64,000 nucleotides of DNA from an uncultured Pelagibacteraceae bacterium (GCA_902598825.1 CACKDD010000001.1:4537-68536); one strand, 5' to 3'; shown: positions 8,554 to 19,497, counted from the first letter of the stretch. Made by a program: numbers and translations. Notes: generated by a model not told the origin, from the letters alone.

Positions 8554-8769
8554 TTAACCTCTAAAGATTATTCTGCCTTTAGTAAGGTCATAAGGGGTCA
8601 TTTCTACTGTCACATTATCACCTTGTAATACTCTTATTCTATTTTTTCTTAATTTGCCTGCAGTATGTGCAGTAACAACATGACCATTTTCTAATTGAAC
8701 TCTAAACATAGCGTTAGGTAATAAATCAGTTACTTTACCTTTGAATTCAAGTAAGTCTTGTTTTGACAA
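8554..8769 (-). CDS. infA: Translation initiation factor IF-1 (TTG start)
   Basis: [14 protein letters not shown]...[11 protein letters not shown]. Confidence 0.97.
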   Translation of the reverse strand: MSKQDLLEFKGKVTDLLPNAMFRVQLENGHVVTAHTAGKLRKNRIRVLQGDNVTVEMTPYDLTKGRIIFRG

Positions 8770-8771
8770 AT

Positions 8772-10055
8772 TTATTTTCTCCTTATTCTTTTTTTAACAG
8801 ATTGAGCATGACCAGCTAACCCTTCATAATTTGCAAGAGTTATAACTGATGGTCCAAGACTTTCAATACCCTTTTTTGATAAGTTTATATATGAAATTCT
8901 TTTATAAAATTCATTAACACTTATACCGCTAGAATATTTTGCTGAACTGTTAGTAGGTAATACATGATTTGATCCAACATTATAATCAGTCATGGCCATG
9001 ACAGCATATTTACCTAAACAAATTGAACCTGCATTTTTGATTTTAGGTATAAACGATTTATAATTTTTAACATTCAGTTCTAAATGTTCTGGTGCAATTT
9101 TATTTATCACTTCTGCAATCTTTTTATCTGAATTAATATGTATTAAAATTCCATTACTAATTAAACTTTTTTTAGCAATAGAAACTCTTGGTAATTCTTT
9201 TAATTGTTTTGAGATTTCAATCTTAACTTTTTGAATTAAATCTTTATCTTTTGAAATCAAAATACATTGAGCTAAAATATCATGTTCAGCTTGACCAATT
9301 AAATCACTTGCAACCCATTCTGGATTTGAAAATTTATCACATACAATTAAGATTTCAGATGGACCTGCAGTCATACCTTCAATTCCAACATCACCAAAAA
9401 CCTCCTTTTTAGCAGCTGACACAAAAGAATTTCCTGGTCCTACTATTTTATCAACTTTTTTAATTTTTTTAGTTCCATAAGCTGCTGCAGCAATAGCCGA
9501 AGGACCACCAATTGAATAAATTTCTTTTATTTTGCATTTTTTAGCTGCATATAAAACTGCTGGGTTTTGTTTTCCTTTATAACTAGGGTTAATCATTACT
9601 ATTCTTTTAACTCCAGCAACTATTGCAGGAATTGTACTCATTAAAACACTAGAGGGATACGAAGCAGATGACCCTGGAACATAAATTGCAGCAGATGCAA
9701 TTGGTAAATATTTATATTCAAGTTTATTCTTAAATTTATCAGAGTAAGAAATGTTTTTGAATTTTTGAAAAGAATGAAATTTATAAATTCTTGAATATGC
9801 AAGATCAATTGCTTTTTTTACTTTTTTATCTAAAGATTTTATTGACCTTGAAATCTGCTTAGCTGATGGAATAATAGTTTTATTAAGATTAAATTTTTTT
9901 TCATATTTTAACAAAGCTTTATCTCCATTTTTTTTCACATCATTGATAATGCCAGTTACTGAAGTCAAGCTAGATTTAATCTTATATTTTCGTTTTATAA
10001 GTATATTTTCTAAAACTTTATCAAAACTTTTGTTACTACTATTTAATATTTTCAT
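8772..10055 (-). CDS. hisD: Histidinol dehydrogenase
   Basis: YVPG, KIVGPGN, AGPSE, QAEHD, APEHLE, NHVLPT. Confidence 0.96.
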   Translation of the reverse strand: MKILNSSNKSFDKVLENILIKRKYKIKSSLTSVTGIINDVKKNGDKALLKYEKKFNLNKTIIPSAKQISRSIKSLDKKVKKAIDLAYSRIYKFHSFQKFKNISYSDKFKNKLEYKYLPIASAAIYVPGSSASYPSSVLMSTIPAIVAGVKRIVMINPSYKGKQNPAVLYAAKKCKIKEIYSIGGPSAIAAAAYGTKKIKKVDKIVGPGNSFVSAAKKEVFGDVGIEGMTAGPSEILIVCDKFSNPEWVASDLIGQAEHDILAQCILISKDKDLIQKVKIEISKQLKELPRVSIAKKSLISNGILIHINSDKKIAEVINKIAPEHLELNVKNYKSFIPKIKNAGSICLGKYAVMAMTDYNVGSNHVLPTNSSAKYSSGISVNEFYKRISYINLSKKGIESLGPSVITLANYEGLAGHAQSVKKRIRRK

Positions 10056-10453
10056 TATTCTTTGATCTCATTTTGATCTTCAAGCCTTACTTCAATAGCT
10101 TCTGTTGTCAAAACAATGTGAGCATTATCTTTAAAAATTAAATTAATTTCATAATTATCATTATTTTTCATATAGTCTATTGCAATTAGTTCTATAATTA
10201 ACTTATCATTTTTCTGGTTAATATTCTTAGATTTTACATTATCGACGAAATCAAACCGACAAATACTGTTAATTTTTTTATTATTTTGCCCTCCTTCAAT
10301 TTTAGTGCGCTCAATAGATAATAAAAAAACTTTACTTGAGCTAAGATATTTAATATCTGAAACTCTTACTTTTGCACCAGCACTGCAAGCTGAAATCATT
10401 TGTAAACCTTCATTATCATTTGCAATAATTTGAGCTAAATATTTTTTCCCCAT
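10055..10453 (-). CDS. DUF2948-family protein
   Basis: Between murA and hisD as in alphaproteobacteria; LQMISAC and EAIEVRLED motifs. Confidence 0.7.
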   Translation of the reverse strand: MGKKYLAQIIANDNEGLQMISACSAGAKVRVSDIKYLSSSKVFLLSIERTKIEGGQNNKKINSICRFDFVDNVKSKNINQKNDKLIIELIAIDYMKNNDNYEINLIFKDNAHIVLTTEAIEVRLEDQNEIKE

Positions 10454-11706
10454 TAATTTAACCTTCTTATTTTTGCACCGACTCTTTTTAATTTTTTTTC
10501 TATATTTTCATACCCTCTGTCTAAATGATAAATTCTGTTTATTATTGATTTACCTCGAGTTGTAAGAGCTGCAAGAATAAGGGAAACTGAAGCCCTTAAA
10601 TCCGTTGCCATTAATTCTGCGGCAGTAAATTTGATATTTCCTTCTATCAAAGCTTTGTTCCCTTTTATTAAAATTTTAGCACCCATTCGATTTAATTCTG
10701 AAACATGCATAAATCTGTTTTCAAAAATATCTTCTTTAATCAAAGATTTTTTGTTTGCTTTACACAGCAATACCATGATTTGTGCTTGTAAATCTGTGGG
10801 GAATCCTGGATAAGGAGCTGTTTTTATATTTGTGTTTCTTATTTTTTTATTTCCAAAAATATGAATTTGATTTTTTTTTAATACAAATTTTGCACCAATT
10901 TTTTTTAAAATATTAATCTCAGTCTTTATTATTTCCGGGATTACTTTTTTAATCCTTAAATTTCCTTCAGTAGCAGCGGCTGCAATTAAATATGTTCCTG
11001 CTTCAATCCTATCAAACATCACAGAATATTTAATTTCATGTGTATTTTTTACCCCTTTAATTCTAATTGTTCGATTTGATAACCATTTTAAATTACATCC
11101 TAATTTAATTAAAAAATTTGTTAAATCTTTTATCTCTGGTTCTATTGCACAATTTTTTAATATTGTGGTTCCTTTAGCTAATGTAGCAGCTATTATCAAA
11201 TTTTCAGTTGCTCCTACTGAAATTTTTGAAAAAGTAATTTTTGTACCTATTAAACCTTTTGGAGCTGTTGCATGAATGTAGCCCTGAATTATTTTATATT
11301 TTACACCTAGTTTTGATAAAGCTTTCAGATGAAGATCAACAGGTCTAGTACCAATTGCACAACCACCCGGAAGAGATACTTTGGCTTTACCGAATTTTGC
11401 AAGTAAAGGACCAAGAACTAATATTCCAGCACGCATAGTTTTAACTAAATTATAAGAAGCAAAATTTTTATTTTGTTTAGAATTATCAACTACTAAATTT
11501 TTTTTATTAAATTTTGTTTTTGAACCCAGTGATCTAAGTAGATTAATCATTGTTTCAATATCTTTAACTTTTGGTAAATTATCTAAGTAGACTTTTTTGT
11601 TTGTTAGCAAAGTTGCGGCTAAAATTGGTAAGGAAGCATTTTTTGAACCTGAAATATTGATCTCTCCCTTGAGCTTATTGGCTCCAAAGACTTCTAACTT
11701 TTGCAT
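10453..11706 (-). CDS. murA: UDP-N-acetylglucosamine 1-carboxyvinyltransferase
   Basis: SGSKNASLP, LPGGCAIGTRPVD, PGFPTDLQAQ, HLDRGY. Confidence 0.97.
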   Translation of the reverse strand: MQKLEVFGANKLKGEINISGSKNASLPILAATLLTNKKVYLDNLPKVKDIETMINLLRSLGSKTKFNKKNLVVDNSKQNKNFASYNLVKTMRAGILVLGPLLAKFGKAKVSLPGGCAIGTRPVDLHLKALSKLGVKYKIIQGYIHATAPKGLIGTKITFSKISVGATENLIIAATLAKGTTILKNCAIEPEIKDLTNFLIKLGCNLKWLSNRTIRIKGVKNTHEIKYSVMFDRIEAGTYLIAAAATEGNLRIKKVIPEIIKTEINILKKIGAKFVLKKNQIHIFGNKKIRNTNIKTAPYPGFPTDLQAQIMVLLCKANKKSLIKEDIFENRFMHVSELNRMGAKILIKGNKALIEGNIKFTAAELMATDLRASVSLILAALTTRGKSIINRIYHLDRGYENIEKKLKRVGAKIRRLN

Positions 11707-11708
11707 TA

Positions 11709-12263
11709 TTAAACTTTAGGTAAAGTTACACCAGTTTGACCCATATATTTACCATCACGATCCGCATAAGTAACCTCAGGTTTTTCATTACCCTTAAGGA
11801 AAATAAATTGAGCAACACCTTCATTGGCATAAATTTTAGCTGGTAATGGTGTTGTGTTAGAGAACTCTAGTGTTACGTAACCTTCCCAACCTGGTTCCAG
11901 TGGAGTAACATTAACTATGATACCACATCTTGCATATGTTGATTTTCCCAAACAGATTACCAAAACATCCTCTGGTATTTTGAATTTTTCCATAGTTCTA
12001 GCCAACACAAAGGAATTTGGTGGTATAATACATTCTGAAGTATTTTTTGTGACAAAATTAGTAGGTTTAAAATTTTTTGGATCTACAATTTCTGAATTTA
12101 CATTAGTGAAAATCTTAAATTCATCAGATACTCTTGCGTCATAACCAAACGAAGAAAGACCATAAGAAATACTATCACCTCTAACCTGCTTTTCTTCAAA
12201 AGGTGAGATCATATCCTTCTCTTTACACATTTTTCTTATCCACTTATCGGAAAGAACTGACAT
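11709..12263 (-). CDS. dcd: dCTP deaminase
   Basis: [28 protein letters not shown]. Confidence 0.95.
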   Translation of the reverse strand: MSVLSDKWIRKMCKEKDMISPFEEKQVRGDSISYGLSSFGYDARVSDEFKIFTNVNSEIVDPKNFKPTNFVTKNTSECIIPPNSFVLARTMEKFKIPEDVLVICLGKSTYARCGIIVNVTPLEPGWEGYVTLEFSNTTPLPAKIYANEGVAQFIFLKGNEKPEVTYADRDGKYMGQTGVTLPKV

Positions 12264-12364
12264 TATTTATTCTTTTTTTTATTTTTTTTTTGAAACAATT
12301 TTCTTTTTTTCAAATTTTTTCTTAGCGCTAAGCTTAATCGCTCATTTTTTTCTTTTACTTTCAT
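12263..12364 (-). CDS. Small basic protein, 33 aa ([33 protein letters not shown])
   Basis: Hand-translated; ATGA overlap with the upstream ORF and TAATG overlap with dcd; the RL..ALR.NL..RK pattern resembles small proteins I recall upstream of murA in alphaproteobacteria. Confidence 0.65.
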   Translation of the reverse strand: MKVKEKNERLSLALRKNLKKRKLFQKKNKKKNK

Positions 12365-12561
12365 TCTTTATTTGGATTAGTTAGAAAATCTAATGTTATA
12401 GGCTTTGACGCGTCTAAAGTTTTATCATGGTCATCGTCTTTTTTTGGACCTTCTTTTGCAAGCCGCTTAGCTTTTTTTTCAGCAAGCTTTTTTTCTCTTT
12501 TAGCTTGCTTTTCCATCAGCTTAGCACTTTTAGTAGATTTATAATCGTAATGAATGCCCAT
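12361..12561 (-). CDS. Small lysine-rich hypothetical protein, 66 aa
   Basis: AAGGAA RBS upstream; first gene of the dcd-murA-hisD-infA run. Confidence 0.7.
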   Translation of the reverse strand: MGIHYDYKSTKSAKLMEKQAKREKKLAEKKAKRLAKEGPKKDDDHDKTLDASKPITLDFLTNPNKE

Positions 12562-12661
12562 ATAGTTTCCTTAAGTAGATATAAATCATATTCATCAAAA
12601 AATTAAGGCAATAATTTGAAAAAAATGCTTTATTATCAATAAAATACAATTTGTGATAATC

Positions 12662-12735
12662 GCTTCTGTAGTTAAATGGTATAACAAGTCCTTGGTAAGG
12701 ACTAGTTCCCTGGTCAGTACAGGGTGGGAGCACCA
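12662..12735 (+). tRNA. tRNA-Thr(GGT) with atypical T-loop
   Basis: GCTTCTG...TGGGAGC-A-CCA; anticodon arm AGTCC-TT-GGT-AA-GGACT; T-arm CCCTG-GTCAGTA-CAGGG. Confidence 0.88.
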
Positions 12736-13458
12736 TCAGCTTTTATAAAACAATTTTCGAAGAAGAATAGTTAAAAGGACTAAAATAAAAAAAGCTATAA
12801 TAGGAACGTATACTTCTGGAGAAAAAATTATTTTTGATAATCCAGGAACTTCTGAATTTTGATCAATAACCTTTTCAAGTCCACTACCAATTGAGACAGC
12901 TATAAAAATTTGAGGAATAATGCCTATTAATGTTGCGAAGAAGAAATTAATTGCTTTTACATTAAAAATCGTTGGTAAAAGACAACTAAGTTGCCAAGGA
13001 ATTCCCCCTATAAAACGATAAATTAATAAATAATAAAATTCAGATTTTTTAAATTTAATTTCGAGGCTTTGATATCTTTTTAGAAATTTTTCTCTTATTA
13101 GATCCTTTAAAAAAAAATTACCAAACAAATACAAAAAAGTTGCTCCTATACTTAAACCTAATACTACAAGAATTGTCCCCAACCATTTTCCAAAAATAAA
13201 TCCACCGATTAAAGCTATTGGAGATCCAAATCCTAAAAATGGAAATACCCATAAAATTGTAAAAATCAAAAAAATTGTTGATATAAAAAATAAGTTAGAA
13301 TTTTTAAGCTCTAAGAAATATGATCTATTTTCTTTTATAAAGTTGTAAGATGTAATCTCTTGAAGACTAAATTTTGAAAAAAACAAAAACAGAAATATAG
13401 ATATCAAGATTAAGTAAGATAAACCTATAAATATTTTAATTTTTTTAGTTTTTTCCAT
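12736..13458 (-). CDS. TVP38/TMEM64 (VTT/DedA-superfamily) membrane protein
   Basis: Multi-TM; GGFIFG..LG, GATFLY, RFIGGIP, TLIGIIP motifs. Confidence 0.8.
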   Translation of the reverse strand: MEKTKKIKIFIGLSYLILISIFLFLFFSKFSLQEITSYNFIKENRSYFLELKNSNLFFISTIFLIFTILWVFPFLGFGSPIALIGGFIFGKWLGTILVVLGLSIGATFLYLFGNFFLKDLIREKFLKRYQSLEIKFKKSEFYYLLIYRFIGGIPWQLSCLLPTIFNVKAINFFFATLIGIIPQIFIAVSIGSGLEKVIDQNSEVPGLSKIIFSPEVYVPIIAFFILVLLTILLRKLFYKS

Positions 13459-13489
13459 TATTCATTATCGTATTTATAAAATCTTCTAT

Positions 13490-13518
13490 TTGCTATTTAT
13501 ATATTTAATTACTATAAA
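13490..13518 (+). promoter_or_regulatory. Putative sigma70 promoter of the rpmH operon
   Basis: TTGCTA-N17-TATAAA. Confidence 0.5.
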
Positions 13519-13550
13519 GGGCCAAATTTATTAAAAATTTTATCACAATT

Positions 13551-13691
13551 ATGAAAAGAACATATCAACCATCAAAAATCAAAAGAGCCAGAAAACACGG
13601 CTTTAGGTCGAAAATGAAAACTAAGGGTGGGAAAAAACTTTTAGCTAGAAGAAGAGCTAGAGGCAGAAAATCATTAACTGTATCTGGTTAA
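13551..13691 (+). CDS. rpmH: 50S ribosomal protein L34 (missed by the ORF track)
   Basis: [46 protein letters not shown]. Confidence 0.97.
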   Translation: MKRTYQPSKIKRARKHGFRSKMKTKGGKKLLARRRARGRKSLTVSG

Positions 13692-13695
13692 ATTA

Positions 13696-14037
13696 ATGAG
13701 AAGCAAAATTGTTGCTCTTTCAAAAAACGAAGAATTTAAATCATTGCTTAAAAAGAAAAAAGTATCAAACAAATATGCTACAATTTTCTTTGGAAAATTA
13801 GATAAGAAAAATAATGATAAACTAAATATTTCTTTTGTGACAAAGAAAAAAATAGGAAATGCGGTTCAAAGAAATAAAATTAAAAGAAGGCTAAGAAACA
13901 TCATGAATGAAGCAGTAAAAAAAGTAACAATAAAGTTTAATTTTTCTTATCTTGTTATATGTAAGGCGAGTGTGTTACACAGTGATTATACTAATATAAA
14001 AGAAACCTTATTTCAGGAATTTAAAAAAATTAAATAA
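13696..14037 (+). CDS. rnpA: Ribonuclease P protein component
   Basis: [17 protein letters not shown] motif; synteny. Confidence 0.95.
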   Translation: MRSKIVALSKNEEFKSLLKKKKVSNKYATIFFGKLDKKNNDKLNISFVTKKKIGNAVQRNKIKRRLRNIMNEAVKKVTIKFNFSYLVICKASVLHSDYTNIKETLFQEFKKIK

Positions 14038-14288
14038 TGAATATTCTCACTATAATTTTGATAAAATTAATAAAAGGATATAAATATTTGATAAGCCCTT
14101 TAATAGGAGACTCTTGCAGATATTTACCAACTTGTTCAGAGTATAGTATTGATGCATTAAAAAAATTTGGTCTATTAAAAGGTTTATATATAAGTTTTAA
14201 AAGAATTTTATCTTGCCATCCTATAAAATTTTTAGGGGGTGGAGAAGGATTTGATCCAGTTGACAAAAAAATAAAGGTTAAAAAATAA
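14037..14288 (+). CDS. yidD: Membrane protein insertion efficiency factor
   Basis: [22 protein letters not shown]. Confidence 0.93.
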   Translation: MNILTIILIKLIKGYKYLISPLIGDSCRYLPTCSEYSIDALKKFGLLKGLYISFKRILSCHPIKFLGGGEGFDPVDKKIKVKK

Positions 14289-15970
14289 TGGAATCTAAAA
14301 ACGTAATAGCTGCAATAGCCTTATCTTCAGCTGTAATAGTTTTATATGCATTGTTTTTTACTCCAGAGCAATCAATAACAAAACAAAATTTATCTGAAAA
14401 AAATAAGATAGAACAAAATACCGATACTCCACTTTTAGAACAAAAAGAAACTTTAGTTCAGATATCTAGAGAAGAAGCATTAGAAAAAAGTGATAGAATA
14501 AAATTTGAAAACCAAAGTATCATTGGATCTATTGCATTAAAGGGTGCAGCAATTGATGATTTAACTTTTAAAGATTATAAAATTAGTCTGGAAAGTGAAG
14601 AAAAGGTAACACTACTAGGGCCAAGAAACATTGAAGAGGGTTATTTTATTGAAAGTGGATTCGTTACTACCGATAAAAATATTGATATTCCAAGTTCTGA
14701 TACAGTCTGGTCTATCGTTGGAAATAATATTCTCACAGAAAAATCACCTATCAAATTATCTTGGACTAATAAACAAGGAATAACTTTTGAAAAAGAAATT
14801 AGTTTAGATGATAAATTTTTATTTTCTATAAATCAAAAAGTAATAAATTCTACTAATAAAAAATATGATTTTTATTCTTATGGTCAAATAATTAGAAATA
14901 AAATTCCTGAAGGTTTATCTAACTTCTATATTCTTCATGAAGGTCCAATTGCTACTTTAGATGATGAATTAATTGAAGAGGATTATGATGATATTCAAGA
15001 TCAAAAATTTTCTCGTACTGCTCAAAAAGGTTGGTTAGGTGTTGGAGATAAATATTATGTAGCCTCAATCATACCACCTAAAAATAAAGAATTTAAAACA
15101 ACATTTGATTATAAAAATAAATTTAGAGCAAATTTTATTACCACAGAGCCTCTAGAACTTAACCAAAATAGTTCAATTGAAGATAGCTTGCAAATAATTG
15201 TAGCTGCTAAAAGAGTAGATGTAATTGATGGATATGCTGAGTCATTAAATATAGATAAGTTTGACTTAGTTATAGATTGGGGTTTTTTATATTTTATAAC
15301 TAAACCATTATTTTTTGGAATTGATTATTTTTTTAAACTTCTTGGAAATTATGGTTTAGCTATAATTGCAATTACAATTTGTATTCGGTTAGCCTTTTTT
15401 CCACTTGCTAATTTTTCATTCAGAAGTATGGCAAAAATGAAAGCGCTCCAACCAGAAATGGTAAGGCTTAAAGAGCTTCATAAAAATGATAAAATGAAGT
15501 TACAGCAAGAAATGATGGCACTTTATAAAAAAGAAAAAGTAAACCCGATGTCAGGATGTTTACCAATACTTGTCCAAATTCCTGTATTCTTTGCTTTGTA
15601 TAAAGTTTTATTTGTAACCATTGAAATGAGGCAGATGCCTTTTTATGGTTGGATTCATGATTTAAGTGAACGTGATCCAACTAGTTTATTTAATCTGTTT
15701 GGTTTACTACCATATGATGTACCATCTTTTTTAGTTATAGGAGCATGGCCTGTAGCAATGGGTGTTTCAATGTGGGTGCAACAAAAACTTAACCCTGCTC
15801 CTACCGATGCTATGCAAGCAAAAATATTTATGTTTTTTCCACTTTTCTTAACTGTAATACTTGCTCCGTTTCCTAGTGGTTTAGTAATTTATTGGACTGT
15901 AAATAATATCTTAACTATGGCTCAACAAGTTTTTATTATGAAAAGAACAACAGTTAAAACTGTAACATAA
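14288..15970 (+). CDS. yidC: Membrane protein insertase
   Basis: IDWGFL, GCLPILVQIPVF, GLVIYWTVNN. Confidence 0.96.
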   Translation: MESKNVIAAIALSSAVIVLYALFFTPEQSITKQNLSEKNKIEQNTDTPLLEQKETLVQISREEALEKSDRIKFENQSIIGSIALKGAAIDDLTFKDYKISLESEEKVTLLGPRNIEEGYFIESGFVTTDKNIDIPSSDTVWSIVGNNILTEKSPIKLSWTNKQGITFEKEISLDDKFLFSINQKVINSTNKKYDFYSYGQIIRNKIPEGLSNFYILHEGPIATLDDELIEEDYDDIQDQKFSRTAQKGWLGVGDKYYVASIIPPKNKEFKTTFDYKNKFRANFITTEPLELNQNSSIEDSLQIIVAAKRVDVIDGYAESLNIDKFDLVIDWGFLYFITKPLFFGIDYFFKLLGNYGLAIIAITICIRLAFFPLANFSFRSMAKMKALQPEMVRLKELHKNDKMKLQQEMMALYKKEKVNPMSGCLPILVQIPVFFALYKVLFVTIEMRQMPFYGWIHDLSERDPTSLFNLFGLLPYDVPSFLVIGAWPVAMGVSMWVQQKLNPAPTDAMQAKIFMFFPLFLTVILAPFPSGLVIYWTVNNILTMAQQVFIMKRTTVKTVT

Positions 15971-15998
15971 TGTTGTTGTTGTAATCAAATAAAAGCTG

Positions 15999-16847
15999 AT
16001 GGATCTAAAAAAATTATTACCAGAAAATGGACCACCCATAAAAGAAGTATCTAAATATATTGAAAAATACAAAAATGAATTAATAGTAATTAAATATGGG
16101 GGTAACGTTTTTATTGATAGAAATATATTTGATAACTTCATAGCAGATATATGTTTGTTAAATAAATTGGGTCTCTCTATCGTAGTAGTTCATGGTGGTG
16201 GGCCAAGAATAAAAAGGGAATTAGATAAATCTAATATTCAATCAAATTTCATAAGAGGATTAAGAGTTACTGATAAAAGAATTATAGATATTGTTGAAAG
16301 AGTTCTTATTGATTTTAACAATGATATTGTATCTTCTTTAGAAAAAATGGGGTCTAAAGCTGTTTCTATTAACACGAAAAAAAATAACATAATTGAGGTG
16401 GTACCAGAAGCAAAAGAACTTGGTTTTGTTGGTCTACCAAACAATATTAATAACAAAATTTTATTAGATATTATTAAACAAAATAGAATACCTATTGTTT
16501 CCCCATTAGGGTTAGATAAAAATAATCAAACACACAATATTAATGGTGATACTGCAGCGATGGCTGTTGCAAAATCTCTGAAATCAAGAAGATTGCTCTT
16601 AATGACAAATGTTGATGGCGTTTTAAATAAAGAAAAAAAACTGATAGCAGAAATTTCTTCCTCTGAGATTTTAGAGATGATAAAAGATAAAACTATTAAT
16701 TCTGGGATGATACCTAAGGTAAACGCGTGCCTAACAGCTGTAAATAACGGAGTTACTGCTGCTGGTATAATTAATGGTACAAAACAACATTCTTGCTTAT
16801 GGGAAATTTTTTCAGATAAGGGCTCAGGTACATTAATTAGAAAATGA
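15999..16847 (+). CDS. argB: Acetylglutamate kinase
   Basis: IKYGGN, VHGGGP, GLRVTD, NINGD, GMIPK. Confidence 0.95.
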   Translation: MDLKKLLPENGPPIKEVSKYIEKYKNELIVIKYGGNVFIDRNIFDNFIADICLLNKLGLSIVVVHGGGPRIKRELDKSNIQSNFIRGLRVTDKRIIDIVERVLIDFNNDIVSSLEKMGSKAVSINTKKNNIIEVVPEAKELGFVGLPNNINNKILLDIIKQNRIPIVSPLGLDKNNQTHNINGDTAAMAVAKSLKSRRLLLMTNVDGVLNKEKKLIAEISSSEILEMIKDKTINSGMIPKVNACLTAVNNGVTAAGIINGTKQHSCLWEIFSDKGSGTLIRK

Positions 16848-17533
16848 ACTTAAAAGAAAAAAAATATCTTCTCCTTGATCTTGATGGTGTTTGTTATGGT
16901 AAACATAATAATTATTCTCTAGAGCGTGTATTTGGTCAAGTTTCAAAAAGAATGACACAATTCATATCTGAAAAACTTAAAGTTGATAAAGAAAAAGCTA
17001 AAGAATTGCAAACAAATTACTTTTACAAATACAATACATCTCTAAGAGGATTGATGATACATGATGGAATTTCCCCAGATGAATTCTTATCCTTCGTTCA
17101 CGATATAGATTTATCATTTATGAAAGCAGATAAAATTATGAGATATGAGCTTGAACAATTAAATATGGAAAAGTTTATCTTCACAAACGGTTCTGCAGAC
17201 CATGCTGCAAATATTTTAACGCATCTAGGAGTGTATGATTTATTTGGTAGAGATAAAGTTTTTGATATCAAAGATGCTGGATATGTGCCTAAACCTGAGG
17301 CAGAGACTTTTGACTCAATGGTTAAAAAATTTGGTATTGACCCAAAAGAAACAATTTATATTGAGGATATTGCGAAAAACCTAAGTATCGGGTATGAGCG
17401 TGGGTGTGCAACTGTTTGGTTAATTAATGATGAGCATTTTGGAAAAATGGATGCTGATAAAGATTTTATTTCACACAAAATTGAAAATCTATCTTTATTT
17501 CTAAAAGAAATAAGGTTATTAAAAAGTCAGTAA
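16844..17533 (+). CDS. HAD-family pyrimidine 5'-nucleotidase
   Basis: DLDG motif I, FTNG, PKP, IED..KNL; between argB and dapD. Confidence 0.85.
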   Translation: MNLKEKKYLLLDLDGVCYGKHNNYSLERVFGQVSKRMTQFISEKLKVDKEKAKELQTNYFYKYNTSLRGLMIHDGISPDEFLSFVHDIDLSFMKADKIMRYELEQLNMEKFIFTNGSADHAANILTHLGVYDLFGRDKVFDIKDAGYVPKPEAETFDSMVKKFGIDPKETIYIEDIAKNLSIGYERGCATVWLINDEHFGKMDADKDFISHKIENLSLFLKEIRLLKSQ

Positions 17534-17536
17534 ATT

Positions 17537-18340
17537 ATGTCTATAGAAAAAATTATAAATGACGCTTGGGAAAACAAAGATCAAGTAAATCCTAATTCGG
17601 ATCAATCTTTAAAGGATACGATTAATCAAGTTATAAGTGATTTAGATAGTGGCAAATCTCGTGTTGCTGAAAAAGTAAATGGTGAATGGATTACTCACCA
17701 GCATTTAAAAAAAGCAATCATGTTAAGTTTTAGAATTTACCCAATGGAAAATTTGAATGGACCATACTCCAGTTGGTATGACAAAGCTCATTTACTAAAA
17801 GGTAAAACTGCAGGTTGGACAAAAAAAGACCATGAAAAAGCTGGTTTTAGAATGGTGCCAAATTCACCAGTAAGAAAAGGATCATTCATAGGAAAAGATG
17901 CTGTTCTTATGCCATGTTATGTAAACATTGGTGCTTACATTGGGGCTAAAACTATGATGGATACGTTTAGCCGTGCTGGTAGTTGTTGCCAGATTGGAGA
18001 AAGTTGCCATATATCTGCTGGTTCTGGAATCGGCGGAGTGCTAGAACCTGCACAAGCATTGCCAACAATAATTGAAGATAATGTGTTTGTTGGAGCCATG
18101 TCTGAGGTTGTTGAGGGAGTAATTGTTGAGGAAGGAAGTGTTCTCTCAATGGGATGCTATATAGGCCAAAGTACTAAAATTATTAATAGATCAAATGGGG
18201 AAATTACAAAAGGTCATATACCTCCGTATTCAGTAGTTGTACCAGGCACATATAAAGATCTTTACGCTGTTCATATAATTAAAACTGTGGACTCTAAAAC
18301 TAGGTCAAAGACTTCAATTAACGATCTTCTAAGAGACTAA
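17537..18340 (+). CDS. dapD: Tetrahydrodipicolinate N-succinyltransferase
   Basis: LKKAIMLSF, GIGGVLEP, KTSINDLLRD. Confidence 0.95.
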   Translation: MSIEKIINDAWENKDQVNPNSDQSLKDTINQVISDLDSGKSRVAEKVNGEWITHQHLKKAIMLSFRIYPMENLNGPYSSWYDKAHLLKGKTAGWTKKDHEKAGFRMVPNSPVRKGSFIGKDAVLMPCYVNIGAYIGAKTMMDTFSRAGSCCQIGESCHISAGSGIGGVLEPAQALPTIIEDNVFVGAMSEVVEGVIVEEGSVLSMGCYIGQSTKIINRSNGEITKGHIPPYSVVVPGTYKDLYAVHIIKTVDSKTRSKTSINDLLRD

Positions 18341-18342
18341 TT

Positions 18343-19497
18343 ATGCAAAAGATTAATGAATTAAAATTAGCTAAAGAGCTAATCAGATTTCCTTCGATCA
18401 CTCCAATTGATGCTGGAGTAATGAAATTTTTAGAAAAAAAATTAAAAAAAATTGGTTTCAAAACAAAAATATTAGAATTCAAAGAAAAAGGTTTTCACCC
18501 TGTAAAAAATTTATATGCAAGATTAGGGTCTAAAAGTCCAAATTTTATGTTTGCTGGCCATGTTGATATTGTTCCTCCAGGAAATATTAAAGATTGGACT
18601 ATAAATCCATTTAAACCATCTATTAAAAATGGTCACTTAATTGGAAGAGGTGCAAATGATATGAAAAGTTCTGTGGCAGCTTTTGTTTCTGCTGTAAGCA
18701 CTTTTTTATCAAAAAATAAAAAATTTAATGGATCTATAAGCTTATTAATTACAGGTGATGAAGAAGGTGATGCAGTAAATGGTACTAAAAAAGTTGTAGA
18801 ATATTTAAAAAAAAGGAAAGAAAAAATTAATTTTTGCCTTGTTGGTGAGCCTACAAATCCAAATAAATTAGGTGAAATGATTAAAATCGGTCGTAGAGGC
18901 AGTATAACAGGTAAAATTAGAATTATAGGTGAACAGTGTCACGTTGCTTATCAACATAGAGGAAATAATCCCTCAACGACATTAGTTCAAATTCTTAAAG
19001 AAATTAAAGATATAAAATTTGATAAAGGAAATAAACACTTCCAGCCAACTAATTTAGAAGTTACTAAAATAAATATAAAAAATGATGCAGATAATGTTAT
19101 TCCTGGATCAGCAGAGGCTTCTTTTAATATACGGTTTAACAATAGGCATTCCTCAAATTCTATTAAAAGAAGACTTAATAAAATTTTCAAAAAAATAACC
19201 AAAAAAAATAAATCAAAGTTTAAAATTGATTATCGAGTTTCTGGTGAGGCTTTTTTAACAAAACCAAATAAAACGACATTTATGATACAAAATATAATTA
19301 AAAATATTACCAAGTTGAAACCAAAATTATCTACCTCTGGTGGAACATCAGATTTAAGATTTATAAGAAAAATATCACCTGGTTTAGAATTTGGCTTAGT
19401 GGGAAAAACTATGCACAAGGTAGACGAAGCAGTATCTTTAAAAGATTTAAAAAATTTAACGAAAATTTATGAGAACATTTTACAAAATTACTTTTAA
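18343..19497 (+). CDS. dapE: Succinyl-diaminopimelate desuccinylase
   Basis: GHVDIVP, GRGANDMK, TGDEEG, GGTSD, MHKVDE. Confidence 0.95.
   Translation: MQKINELKLAKELIRFPSITPIDAGVMKFLEKKLKKIGFKTKILEFKEKGFHPVKNLYARLGSKSPNFMFAGHVDIVPPGNIKDWTINPFKPSIKNGHLIGRGANDMKSSVAAFVSAVSTFLSKNKKFNGSISLLITGDEEGDAVNGTKKVVEYLKKRKEKINFCLVGEPTNPNKLGEMIKIGRRGSITGKIRIIGEQCHVAYQHRGNNPSTTLVQILKEIKDIKFDKGNKHFQPTNLEVTKINIKNDADNVIPGSAEASFNIRFNNRHSSNSIKRRLNKIFKKITKKNKSKFKIDYRVSGEAFLTKPNKTTFMIQNIIKNITKLKPKLSTSGGTSDLRFIRKISPGLEFGLVGKTMHKVDEAVSLKDLKNLTKIYENILQNYF

Noticed and set aside
12539-12736. 65-aa minus-strand ORF
   Set aside because: Antisense to tRNA-Thr(GGT), no protein features
13459-13550. Possible oriC next to rpmH
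   Set aside because: No dnaA nearby, region very short, only one poor DnaA-box-like string (TTATCACAA)
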